Below are positions 45,585 to 57,595 of a DNA stretch of 64,000 bases, one piece after another; within the stretch, counting starts at the first letter, position 1; each line of letters begins with the position of its first letter. The position numbers and the translations under genes are program-made. The notes beneath the pieces are model-generated. The model saw only the letters and a list, made by a program, of their open reading frames with translations, had not been told where the DNA came from and made no database searches. The stretch lies in assembly GCA_040285825.1 (NCBI GenBank), contig JAUPSS010000013.1:62001-126000 (forward strand), read 5' to 3'. The DNA is from Eukaryota sp. TZLM1-RC. Taxonomy: Eukaryota > Protista > Metamonada: BaSk clade.

Positions 45585-46260
45585 TGAAACTATTTGCATC
45601 AAGCTTCCAAAGCTTCCAAGCTAACCAGATCTACAAGTCCAAATCCTTTTGAAGTTGGTCAATTGGTATTACGAGCTTCCAGCTCCTCCGCTAAGCTACA
45701 TGGAGATTATTTAGGACCATTTCTAATCACCGAAGTTGTATCCAATTCGTCTGTGAATATTAAGAATCTCTGCACCGGTACGATTGTCCAAGCTACCGTC
45801 AAACATTTAACACCCTGGCACTCAAGCCTGCCCACCAACGATGAGTTCCACTCATGGGTCGCTGCAGGTGATGTTGAAGAACACATCATTGAAAAGGTGC
45901 TTAGTCAGGACGGTTACTTTTGCCAAGTGCAATGGCCTGGAAAAGAGATCACCACTGAACACGTTTCTACAGTCCAAAATACTGCCGCGTATAAAGACTT
46001 CATCAAAACTTCAAAAGCACGTCGCCGTACTAAATCCGCTCCTCCCAAGAAGCGTACCAATTCCATTAGTTCACCTCCTGTGTCTAGAGCTTCCAGGGCT
46101 CGTCGCTCGAAAGAGAGGAAAAGGCAGTGTTAGTCTTGAATAGTATTTATAGTTTATTTATATAGTTTATTAGTATTTTGCCTATTAGCTTAAGAAGAGA
46201 GAATACGATTCCTCATCGTAATAATTTTCATTTTTTTTCATTGTATGTCGCAATCTAACG
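45585..46260 (+). mobile_element. 3' remnant of Ty3/gypsy chromovirus-like LTR retrotransposon (integrase C-terminus, chromodomain, PPT, 3' LTR start)
   Basis: FEVGQLVL...KLHGDYLGPFLI (GPY/F motif), IIEKVL...QVQWPG chromodomain-like; purine tract 46109-46127 followed by TGTTAG at 46128. Confidence 0.8.
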
Positions 46261-47451
46261 AGCAAAGACCATCAGAATATTGTTTCAGAAATATTTCAAA
46301 ATTGTCTAGAATGATTACACCTTCGTTTCCGATGGTACCAATAATTGAAAATGCAAGCGAATTGAAATGTGTCTGGAAGACCTGGCATTGAAACCGGTAA
46401 TGACCCGACCAGCGACTGACCTTTGCCTAGTTGACTGACCTTGTTGAACAGTTCGTGTAAACTATGACCATTGCCACGACGAGATATCATCGGTTCGCTG
46501 ACAATAGAATTGTGACCCTCCAGTTGTCGAGTATATTTTCTACCTGTCAGTGCCTATTTAGTATCATTGCAGAGTGAAATTGAATGCCTCTATCCTCGAA
46601 TCTGTTCCAGATTATTCTCTTGCTGACATTCAAGAAATTCTGTCCTGATGTTTGGTTTCATTAAGATTTGCATTCGCCATATTGCAGAAAATAATAAAAG
46701 TTTTTGAAAACTAGGATCTTATTGTTCGACTTACCATGACCAGTAAAAAGAATCCCGTTTGTGCTAACTTTTCAATTGTTGTAGTTCATTTGATGTAATT
46801 AAAAGTAGTTCAAGATATACAAAATGATAATCTGGCTTTCTCTGATTTTTGTTGGAACGCGTCTTTAATTACTCATTTTTTGCAAAGGTCTGGTTTATTT
46901 CTGGAAAGCGGTTTACTTCTTCATGATGCCACAATTTTGGCTGAATGACATCACTTTCAGTTGAAAACTTATTTGAGTTGAAACTATGGTGAGAGTTAAA
47001 GAAGTTTGAGTCTCTTAAGTAACAACAACTAGTCCAATCAGTGTTTTAAATTTTTTTGATTTTAATAAATATTAATTGTTAGTATAGTATGTTTTTCAAT
47101 ACTACATAACAAATACTCTAAATGCTGAGAAAATGGTGAATTTGTGAGCACAGAGCAAATTGGACTAGTAACACTGAAGCAGAATCATTTTTGATAATGT
47201 GGAAATGCAACAAGAATGTGGGAATGGAAAAGGAACGGATTCCAGTTTGATGACTCTATTGAACACCTTGCAGGAATCGTTTCAAGTTGAGATAATCTCC
47301 TGAACTGGACTCAACTGGACTGAACTGGATTCAATTTTTGAATTCTTCTATTTGGAGGTATTCAAACATGAATTACTTTTGTTTTAGAGAAAACTGGAGA
47401 TCCTATCAATCATCAAGGAAATTTACAGTGAATGAACTCTTTGTGAATCCA

Positions 47452-49957
47452 ATGTCCATCATTGGTATTGACCTTGGTACTACCAACAGCTGTGCTTACA
47501 CTTGTGAGCGGAATGGAACGTTTGTCAGTTCTGTTGTTGACTTCAATGGAACTGCCTCGATGCTGCTGATGAAAAGTATCCAACTCATAATTTACGTCAG
47601 AACTCATCGTTTAAGTCAAGATTACGTCACAGAGCGGAACAGGCACGGAAGAGCCTCTACACCGCAGAACACGCTCGTATTTCTCTCAAGGTTGCTAGAG
47701 CAGTTACATTTAGCCGAATGATTCATAGAAGTACATTTGAAAGTCTCTGTCAGCCCATGTTTGATCAATGTATGACGTTAGTTGCAGAACTTTTGAAGCG
47801 CAGAGGCCTGACTTCCAATGATGTAGCACAAGTTCTGCTAGTTGGACTTTTTACCAGAATTTCAAAAATACGTCAAATGTTGACAGATTCTTTTGGTATA
47901 GAGAAGGTAAAAGGAGACCTGAAACTAGACGAAGTTGTTGCTCGTGGAGCTTCTCTTGCTGTCAATAATGCTGAAGCAAATGAGAAAGTGGTGTTGTATC
48001 ACATAACAGCACGTCCCCTTAGAACTGATTTTCTTCGCCAATCTAAACTAATGGGGCTTTCATGCGATGACAACAGCTTAATCTCAGCGCTTTGTTCCAC
48101 AATATCCAATGTTCTTCTCAATCTTGCGGAATGGAACTGTGACAAGTTCGTCGATCAGGTGTGTCACCCGATTATGACTGCCGCTGAGCTCATCGCTAAA
48201 CATTCTGTAATTCTCAAGCCGTTAGGTAGTGTAATAACAGATGTACTCTCTGTCCTCAAACAAGTCAAGTACAACCGTTTTCAATCGGTGGTCTTAGCTG
48301 CCCGACTTCTTCGTCTTACCAAGGCTACCTTTTCTCCCTTAGAGAAGCTTCCCGATCTTTCCAACTCCCCCGCCATTCGCGACACCATTGATAACTTTGT
48401 AACTCTTACTAATAAAATCACCACATACTTAAACCAGTACAACGACTCAAAATGGTACAGAAAGGTCTTTTCCCGAGAGAGGTTCAAGAGAGATTTTGAA
48501 CAACACAACAAGCTTTTAGATGATTTTTCCTCTGAGTTGAATCTAGAGTTTTCTGGTATTGCACTTGAGAAGCTTTCTACTGTGTCATTCTCTAAGATAG
48601 AAGGCATCATTACTCGTGATGAAGAAGTTTTCAAGTTTGCATTAGCTACCTATAACCAGTCAATTCTAGATCAAATCAGTGAACAATATTCAGATTTAGT
48701 GCAGGAAATGCAGGCTACGATACAGACTACACTTAGAGAGGAAATTAAAACACAATCAATGTCTTGTTTGAAGGAAAAGGAAGAAAAGCAAGCAGAAATC
48801 ATCCAATTGCAGAGTTGTGCAGACAACGTTGAAATTGATATAGACAACGATGATCTTGTTGTGGATTGGAAGTCCAAAATTCACAGTGGCCAAGCAGAAG
48901 TCGTATTTGCAGAATACGGGTTAGCCAATGTTGCAATGAAATTTTTCAAGGATGATGAATACATTTCTGCCGATCTTGCAAGAGAGTACCGCATTTTAAA
49001 CTCTCTTCCCAATGTTCCTTCTGTTCCAAGAGTATATGGAATCGCTCGAGTCTATGAGAAAGGGGATGTTCGAATTGGGCTGGTTATGGAAAAACTTTCG
49101 ACTTTTACACAGAGATAAAGTAGGAAAAATTGAATCTGAGAAACAAAAAATTGATATTTTGATTTCATTAGCGAAAACATTGGCGACATGCCACGAATGC
49201 CATTTTCTTCAAAGGGACCTTAAGCCAGATAACATCTTGTTTAGAGACAGAGTTCCTGTAATGGGGCAGTGGGAAAAACACTGGTTCATCTAACATGTCT
49301 CTTTCTCTGGTGCAAAATAGAGTTATTACTCCCAGTTGGACCAGTCCAGAGCAAGCTTCAGGTGAAAGAATTCACAGTGACAGAATCGATGTTTTCTCAT
49401 TTGGACTAATTATGCTATTTGTCTTTACCGGTGAAAGTATCTGGCAAGGAATAGTAGATGGAAACCGTAAAAATCAAATTATTATCGATAACCTGATTTC
49501 TGGTAACATTCCATCTATTCCTCTGCATGAGGACTTACCTCTCAGTTTGTATCCTTTACTTTCCCAGTGTTTGGAGTTTGATTTTACCCAAAGACCAAGT
49601 ATGTCAGAGGTTTGGTCTGTTTTGACTGCTTACAAGAAGAAATTACGTGTTGTGGATTGTTTAACTTATGACAATATGCCACTTTGCCATTATGCACTTG
49701 CATTGATTGATAGTGATTACTTAAGTGATGTAGGTGTGGAAGTTCGTATGGAAATGTACCAGAAATTGTTGGACCTTTTTTCACAATGTTATTCCCAAAA
49801 ACTCGGAACTAGGTACCTTGCAATAATGAAATTTATTGAACAATCTGACCATTTAACCAATGACTTAATTCAAAAGAGAAAAGAAAGCGAATGTCTACTG
49901 AAACAAAGAATTGATGCTTTTGACAAAGTTCCTGTATGTGATGTATCTGTGGTATAG
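47452..49957 (+). pseudogene. Decayed Hsp70-NBD / MLKL-like four-helix bundle / protein kinase gene
   Basis: IGIDLGTTNS start, internal deletion, then RLRHRAEQARKSL...VLLVGLFTRI...DEVVARGA in frame with VKYNRFQSVVLAARL...KWYRKVF...FEQHNKLLDD, then kinase VAMK, QRDLKPDN, WTSPE and DVFSFG with frameshifts near 49100 and 49261. Confidence 0.8.
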
Positions 49958-50513
49958 GAATAAAATTCTCTATCTGTTCAATATGATTCATTAGGTTCTG
50001 TGCCAGTGAATGACAAGAAAAAAGAAGGTAAGCAGTTCAAATACCAGCAAAGTTCTGAGGAAAGTAGTAATATGGAGCACCAGGTTCTGTTGAATCACAA
50101 CGATTATACCGTTGAAGGTGTGACGCAACTAGCCTCACTCATGATATTTCAATCGTGATAGTTTTGTATAGTTTTTCCGCAACGCCATTGAGAATGAATG
50201 TAGTAGAGCATCCACACTTGCTCTTGGATCCTATACACCCTTTCTGATTTGAATCTTGGTTCTCATTGTAGGTCTTAGTGCATGTTTCATCATAAACAAT
50301 AAAAATAATGGACGTACATAAACATAGTTAAGAAAATCAATAAATCTAGACCCAACATTGATGTACCACCGAACGTGCCATAAATTTATTTAAACTATAT
50401 AGAGATAACAGAATTTGACCATTTCATCAGTTCTGTTCCAACTTTCATGATGCAAATAGCAATTCTGAACTTTATTGAGGCTAAATAGCAAAACGGTTAC
50501 CAGTAATTATCAA

Positions 50514-51450
50514 CTACTGAGAGTCTTGCTTTTGGGGTCTATCACGTGGACGTTTGACTTGAAGTGTTGCGAAGGCTGATGGATTTCTGTGTGTTCCTCT
50601 GGAATCAAGAGGTCGTCCTCTAGGTTTTTTTTGGTCTTGGGTGCTAAGGGTACTTCTTGAAGAAAGGTTTGAAATGAAAGGTAATACATTACGAAGATTT
50701 ATGGTACATTTGGGATGGTTATCCTCAGATTTCTGCAAGAACTTTGAAATTGACTTGGCCTTTTCAGGGTCATTGAAGAATAGATGATTAAGAAACCTCA
50801 GAGAAGAATTAAGCATTTATGCAACTATCAAAGATTCATTATTTGAATATTCCATTCTTGTCGCAAATTCAGCATCAATTTCTGATATTCTTCTATTAAT
50901 TTCGTCAATGTTGATAATACCTTCTTTATTTGTGTTTTAACGAACGTTTCATTGTTGCTCAGACCACATCCAAACCAAAATAGATGAAACTTACTGAGTA
51001 CAAACGCAGGACATAATGACAATAATGTTTCTGAGTTCTTCTAAAAAGCCTCGTTGTTCACTACAAGGGGGCAACAACAAACTGAGTTGGTTGAGACACC
51101 CCTTTTGTCAGCAAAATCTTGTTAAAATTCATATCCAAATAACCATATCCGCCATAAACATTTGATTTGGGTTCTTTAAGTGTAGCTTGAGGTTTCCTGT
51201 ACACAGGAGCATTAGCAGTGAAAAAGACTTCTGCTTTCTTTGCTGCATTTACTAATTTAGAAGAAAACTGATTTGCAAAGTTTTCTTCCAAGGGTTTGAG
51301 ATCTGTCTGTCCAATAAGGTTAGTACATCATAGAAGATGCTGTTGAAAGCGAGTTTTGGAAATGCTATACTTCATATAACCACAACGATCGCAAAAGAAG
51401 ACTCCTGTTGAGTTTGCAAAATCTTTCACTCAGACGAGATTCCATATGAA
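50514..51450 (-). mobile_element. Degenerate Mutator (MULE)-like transposase remnant
   Basis: C-terminal KKPRGRP...THRNPSAF resembles the RGRP...STKRxPSxFE tail of MULE transposases; upstream ORFs are fragmented. Confidence 0.45.
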
Positions 51451-52396
51451 TTATGAATATATAAGTGGATATATTAATAATAAATAATAACTCATAATAT
51501 TAATATATTTTTTATATTATTTAATATAATGAAATATGTGATATTATGGATATATACTATATCCATTATATGGGATGGTTGCTTTTTGTACTGTGAAACG
51601 AGAACCCTAAAAAACAGAGTGACTCATAGGGGAACAAAATTGTTTTGGAAAGTTGATACTGTATTGAACAATATGAATAAATCAACTAACTTTTATAAAT
51701 ATTTATTTATAAAAAAATAAATCAACTTGAATTTTTTTATTTTTTACTTGAATTACAAAAAAGTTTGGAATGTGTGTTTTAATTTTTGTATCTAGTTAAT
51801 TGGTAACAATTTGAAATTAGAACTATTCCAAAAATCATGATTTGTCATGAGATCATGACCTGATGTCCTGGTTTTCAACTGCAATGATGAAAATATTTCA
51901 CAATCTAAATAAATTGGTGATGACGTTGCATCACGCATAATTTTACTGGGTTATTCATGCAACACAGCTACCAGAAACAGGCAAAACACTTACTCAGAAA
52001 CATTGTTTATTTTTGGTTTCAATAGTGATTCAGGGTTTGACAATCGAACACATAAAATCTTATGATGGCCAACGTGAATTGACTGTTTAGATCCTTTGGT
52101 GGATAACAAAATAACGCAAGATCCACCCTACAAATGAAATAAACAAAACAAAAACTTGCTAATATCATAAAACAATAATTATGTAAAAAGTCAATCTTTA
52201 GTGAAAATAAAGAAAACAGTATTGAATACAATGATGAATGAGAACCCTATATTTTGATTTCTTAAATTATTCTTTTTTGAGCAGATGATGAATGTCCAAA
52301 TTCTGTAGCTTTCAGCTTTACAAACGACATACAAACTTCAACACTTGAAATCTAGAATTTACTGATTTTTTAAGAAAAAATGAAAAAAATTCTGGT

Positions 52397-52825
52397 TTAT
52401 TTGAACAATAAACACACTCTGTCCACTAAATACTGATGGTATCTTTCAAAAACAAATCCTAACACAGACCATTGCAAGAACATGTCCAACCGAATGGCCC
52501 CATACACACTCCATTTAGATTGGTAATGCCATGGTACTGAGCCAGTGGTAAGTTTCAATGTCATTCCAGTAGCAAACTCAAGTGCAAATATGCATACACA
52601 CCATAATAGAGGTCTGAGGATCGCAAGTAACTTCATAATGGGTACTTTCACTAGTTCCAATAGAATTCCACCCAATCCATATATAAGAAACATCCACAGA
52701 TAAGTTCTGGACACAAGCCGCGGATCTTTGGAGATCAATGATAGTGTCCCTGTGTATAACACCTCCATGAAGACCCCTAGCAGAGAATATGCAGCAAATC
52801 GTTGGTGAATGGGACGTTGTAGCAT
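52397..52825 (-). CDS. TMEM229 / CmpB-like small membrane protein (142 aa)
   Basis: YSLLGVFMEV, WMFLIYG, LEFATG, PWHY and GAIRLD motifs with 4 hydrophobic helices. Confidence 0.85.
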   Translation of the reverse strand: MLQRPIHQRFAAYSLLGVFMEVLYTGTLSLISKDPRLVSRTYLWMFLIYGLGGILLELVKVPIMKLLAILRPLLWCVCIFALEFATGMTLKLTTGSVPWHYQSKWSVYGAIRLDMFLQWSVLGFVFERYHQYLVDRVCLLFK

Positions 52826-53625
52826 CGAGGATATAATGGAAGATGTCTTACATTAATCAGTGAGTTGAGATATCTGGTAACAGAAAAAGTGTTTCTGTCA
52901 AATACCAAGAACGAGTGTAGACAGAGATTATGGATGGAGATGGTGGAGACGAGTCAGAACAACTCTGAGTGTGATGTACTCTCAGTTTCCACTATATTTT
53001 TATATCGAGACATTGATTGATGAAATAAATTGGTGTTTAAACAATAATATATTAAATAGGTTTTGGAAAATACAATTATTATGGTTCCAACTTTACAGTG
53101 AATATTGATAGAAACATTATTTTTCGCAAAATTAATTAATTATTTAATTAGTAAGTATTTCATTATATGCGATGGCTAAATCCGCTCACATGAAATTTCC
53201 TCAACACAGACTGATGGTTGCTACTTTTGGAGGGAATTGGTGGTGCAAGGAGAACATGGCCACTTCTGGAACTTTGTGTGTCTGATCATTCCTTTAATCC
53301 AATACGAAATTGTCGTGATAACCTCATATCAATCAAATATTTGTTTTTCCAACATTGAAGCCAACAACAGCAAAACAAGTTGCATCATCACTTATTCTGA
53401 AACCAGTCTTTGACTTCCTATCTTTAGTTGGATTGAAGCATTTATTGCTCTATATCATTTCTACTACTTTTCAGTGCTCTGACAATGTTCAATGAATCCG
53501 CTGTGAAGAAGACATTGATTTAATATCATTTTAAACAACTTAGCATGTTAAAATTTAAACAAACCCTAATCGAAAACATTCAAATTACTACAAATCAAAC
53601 TTTATTTACAGACAAAAAAACAATT

Positions 53626-56600
53626 CTATTTTGCAAAAGCTCCAGACACCTTATCATGGATAGCCCTCAAATCCCTGAAACAACCAGCTAAAAGAGATTG
53701 TAGACCAGGAACATTACAAATTTCACCAATGACCTTCTCCAATTCCTTTGCTAAATTAACTCTTTCAACTCCATTTAAATGAAGAATCATCTCTTTAACA
53801 GGAGCTGCTTGGTTTGCATCTACAATCTTGCCTGATTTATCAATAATCTTTGCACACCTTTCTATCAATGAGGAGGGCACAGTATCAGGTGCAGCCTCAG
53901 CCAATTGTCTTCTCCTTGCAGTTCTAGGATCATCCTTTTTCTTGGAACCTTCTTTCTTTTGACTAATTGGCTTAATATGAGAGGTAAAGTATAACGGGTT
54001 GTACTGGGTAAGTGAGTAAAAAGGTTTTCCGTTTATGCGTAGTCTGTCAAGACAAATTTCAGTAATATCAGCTGAGACTCCAAATGACGGTTCGTGTAAT
54101 GTATTTGAAACAAAAACTGGAGAGCAAAACAAAAAAGATGGAGTTTCTTCAATTGCAGACTTCAACCCAGCCAAGGATACTTCCCCAATTGAACAATTGA
54201 TGGGAGGCATGATAAAAGAACAAAGTTTTTCACTAGATATCTGAGAGGCTAGTAAATCAATGACTTCTTGATCGATTGGGAAATGACTACAAAGGTTTAA
54301 AACCTCAAAAGTACACCTGAGGGATAACAACTGCTTAATCAATCGCAATCGCTGATCCCTGGTGGTTTCCTTTGTGACATGAAGGTAAAATTTGGGAGTT
54401 CTCAATTGATTCAAACATGTGAGAGAGCTACGATCATTCACTAAGAACCTGTGTACAGGGAGATTAGAAATTGTTAAAGATTCAAGGTTTAATCGAGAAA
54501 AACTACCCATTAAAGAGCTGAAATCACCAAGCGAAATCTTCTGGTGAGCAAAGTTTAGTCTTAAATTGACTGGTACATCAGCTAATTTTAATGGTAAATT
54601 TGATTCTAAAAATAGCATAAAAGAATTTGAAAAGCCAGTGGCACCAAAGCTGAGAGTGATTGGAGCGGGTTTCTTTGGTTTATAACTGGCAATTACGTGG
54701 GGTAACAAAAGCAAAACATCTCTTTCGGAAAAACCACAGTTGGCAATTGAAAGGGATGTTAGCTGACATCTAGAAATGGATTGGACAAACGCGGCAACTC
54801 TTTTGGATTTGAACATAACACCATTCAAGGACAAGTGTTTCAAGTTCTTAATAGTGGGTAGTAATGGAATGATCAGAGCAACATGGAAATCAGTAAAACT
54901 TAAATTCAACCCCTCTAAATAAATAAGAGTGTTTAATACCCCCGCCAGATCCTGAGATTGGCGTTGGTTAAGTTGATTGTAGGAGATGTCAAGGTATTTG
55001 AGTGTGGATTTCAAATAAGAACTACTCAGTAATTGTAGAAAAGCCGAAAAACAACTTGCCAAATTCAAATCACGCAAAGTCAACACTTCTAAATGCTTAG
55101 AGGAGCAAAGATCTAACAGCAGTTCATTAAGTCCATTTGAAGGTAAACCAACTGAATTTAGCTCAAAATGCTTAATTTTTTCGAAATTTCTAGGTGCAGG
55201 TACTGTTGGTGGAATCCAACTAATTTCATTCAATTCAAAAACAATATTGCTCAGTTTGATTACCCTTGGTGGCTGGGCTGAATGGAAAAGATTGGTTAAA
55301 GACTGTAGCAGCAAAGATCTTTTCCTTTTGGTATTAGGCAAGTTCTTATTCTGGTAATTCAATTCAATATCATGTGGAGAAAGATTCTCAAAACTCATTG
55401 CAAAATCGACATCCAAGACATCAATATTGAATAAATAAGGGATGCCAGCAATTAAATCAGTAATGACCGGATCCAAAGTGGGCACCAAGGAATTACTAAA
55501 ACACAAAGGGTGTAACTGCCTGCTTCCTAATCCATGGAGGTCAGAACAATCTTTTAACAGAGTTTGGAGAACGGAAACCAGTCGATAATCACGCCAAGAA
55601 GCTCCACAATCATCGACAAGTAGAAGATTTGCTATATTCGATAACTGAAAGTTTGAATTAACGTTAGCCGGAACAACTTTGGGCTTAATCGGTCCCCTTA
55701 TAGTGCATTTTCTAGCTGGTTGGGGAACCATCGTGTAGTAAGCTGTGATTAAACTCGAAACAAAAACTTCATGGTCGGTTTCGTCAATCAAAAACCTGAT
55801 CCAATAACCATCCTTCATTGCTATCAACAACCCATGACCAACTGGACCCTCACTGGCTTCTGAATGTAGAGTCTCACAACATGGGTCGACTGGAGTATCA
55901 GAAGCAATGAGAGAAAGTTGGGAAAGATGAATAGACTGTCTAATCCATCTCCCATCACCTTGCACTTTAATAGCGTAAATCCTAAATGGTGTAAGCAAGA
56001 GCAAACGATCGCCTTCAGGCTTTTTTCGTACTTTGGTAGCTTTACAATAAGCTTTAATTGTGTCCAGAGTTTCGGGACATTCTTGTCTTATGAAATCTTT
56101 ATCCAAGTCAGACAGGTCAAAGGACATTTCAACGGCTGTATCGCTGATATCAACAGCTGGGGTAGATGACGTTACCACTTCGTCAGAGTGGCCGTGAATC
56201 AAGGCGAGTGACGTGGCATTAGGTGGCATGATTTTATTATAGTAATATACAAACCTGCAGGTAAATACAAAATGATCCTTTTCGTCAAAGAGGAACCGAT
56301 TCCAATATCCATCTCTAGTCACAACCAACAACCCAAACCCTAGTGGTCCATCAGAAGCTTCACGATGAACACTCTCGGGAAGTGGTCGGTGAGGTGTGTC
56401 AATGGAGACAATGGAGAGAGAAGAGAAGGGAATTGACTGGCGAAGTGTTCGGGAGTTACCATTGATCTTGCAAATAAAGAGAGAAGAAGAAGTAAGGAAC
56501 AAAAGTCGATCTCCTTGAGATTTCTTCTTGACTTTGTCAACAATGGCTGAGCAGATTACATGGTCTACTGGTTCCTCAATGGCGGATGATAGAAAGTTCC

Positions 56601-57129
56601 TATCTGTATCAGTGAGGGAAGCGCTATAGTTGCGAGTGAAGAGGTTAGCAGGAGCATCCCCACCTGGAATAAACGACGTGATATCAGAAGGGAACTCAAC
56701 AGGGCCACGGATAACAGCTTTCTTACCACCAGGGGGAAGGAGACGGAGATGAGCACGGAGCATTTCAGAGACAAAACGGATTTGGTCATCAGGTTCAAAG
56801 AGCATTCTGTTCCAATAGCCGTCCTTCAGGCAGATCATTATACCATGACCACGAGGTCCATTGGCGGCTTCTTTGTGAACACGTTCTGAGAGGGGTTCAT
56901 CAGGTGTATCGGTGATGAGAGCAGTGAGTGTGGAGAGATGAATTGTTTGACGGAGGAAACGAGCATCGCCATCTACCTTAATGATGTGTAGATTAGAGGG
57001 GTAAAGAGCGACAAGACGGTTTCCAGCTTCCTTCTTGCGGACCTTTTGTGCAAAGGCATGATCAATAAGCAGTTCAATGGGCTCACTAACCGCTGATTTG
57101 AGGAAGTTTGTGTCGATATCGGATAACAT
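53626..57129 (-). CDS. CARMIL-like protein: three tandem PH-like domains plus RNI-like LRRs (1167 aa)
   Basis: Three ~150-170 aa repeats (LSDxDxxF...KVxKK...RL...RQSIH...DGYW), then LEVLTL, LKYLDISYNQL, LEGLNLS, LKHLSL and LTSLSIANC. Confidence 0.8.
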   Translation of the reverse strand: MLSDIDTNFLKSAVSEPIELLIDHAFAQKVRKKEAGNRLVALYPSNLHIIKVDGDARFLRQTIHLSTLTALITDTPDEPLSERVHKEAANGPRGHGIMICLKDGYWNRMLFEPDDQIRFVSEMLRAHLRLLPPGGKKAVIRGPVEFPSDITSFIPGGDAPANLFTRNYSASLTDTDRNFLSSAIEEPVDHVICSAIVDKVKKKSQGDRLLFLTSSSLFICKINGNSRTLRQSIPFSSLSIVSIDTPHRPLPESVHREASDGPLGFGLLVVTRDGYWNRFLFDEKDHFVFTCRFVYYYNKIMPPNATSLALIHGHSDEVVTSSTPAVDISDTAVEMSFDLSDLDKDFIRQECPETLDTIKAYCKATKVRKKPEGDRLLLLTPFRIYAIKVQGDGRWIRQSIHLSQLSLIASDTPVDPCCETLHSEASEGPVGHGLLIAMKDGYWIRFLIDETDHEVFVSSLITAYYTMVPQPARKCTIRGPIKPKVVPANVNSNFQLSNIANLLLVDDCGASWRDYRLVSVLQTLLKDCSDLHGLGSRQLHPLCFSNSLVPTLDPVITDLIAGIPYLFNIDVLDVDFAMSFENLSPHDIELNYQNKNLPNTKRKRSLLLQSLTNLFHSAQPPRVIKLSNIVFELNEISWIPPTVPAPRNFEKIKHFELNSVGLPSNGLNELLLDLCSSKHLEVLTLRDLNLASCFSAFLQLLSSSYLKSTLKYLDISYNQLNQRQSQDLAGVLNTLIYLEGLNLSFTDFHVALIIPLLPTIKNLKHLSLNGVMFKSKRVAAFVQSISRCQLTSLSIANCGFSERDVLLLLPHVIASYKPKKPAPITLSFGATGFSNSFMLFLESNLPLKLADVPVNLRLNFAHQKISLGDFSSLMGSFSRLNLESLTISNLPVHRFLVNDRSSLTCLNQLRTPKFYLHVTKETTRDQRLRLIKQLLSLRCTFEVLNLCSHFPIDQEVIDLLASQISSEKLCSFIMPPINCSIGEVSLAGLKSAIEETPSFLFCSPVFVSNTLHEPSFGVSADITEICLDRLRINGKPFYSLTQYNPLYFTSHIKPISQKKEGSKKKDDPRTARRRQLAEAAPDTVPSSLIERCAKIIDKSGKIVDANQAAPVKEMILHLNGVERVNLAKELEKVIGEICNVPGLQSLLAGCFRDLRAIHDKVSGAFAK

Positions 57130-57595
57130 GAAATGACTTTAATGACGTTTAAATCAGTTAATTTCCAACTTATGCAAAAATTAATGGGCGACATTTCGAA
57201 AAATTGCTTATGGAGGTAAGATGAGTGGTTTACTGATTGGTTATTGACCATTAATTCCTACAGCATCCATAAATTTGTGGAATCCTTTACATGTAAATCA
57301 TTGAAAATGTACAAATGGACGAGGTAAATCACAGTCCTGTGGGTTTCAATTTGTTTAAAACTTGATCCATTTTTGATTTTTAGATTTTTGGTAGGTACAA
57401 ACGTTATATTGAATTCACAAAAATGATTACACCTGATTGAACGATTTTGAAATAAACCATGATTTCCTGAAATTCTCTTTTTTGAATTTGACTCTTAATA
57501 CAATTATTTAGTTTACACTAAGAGATAGAAAAACAAACACTTACTATTTTATAAGACAATAAATTCAGTTTTCTAGTATTACATTCTAATCAACA

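Noticed and set aside
47303-47335. CRISPR-like or functional repeat (three 10-nt T(G/C)AACTGGA(C/T) units)
   Set aside because: A simple tandem repeat with no spacers; likewise the short duplications at 4421-4470 and 33752-33808.
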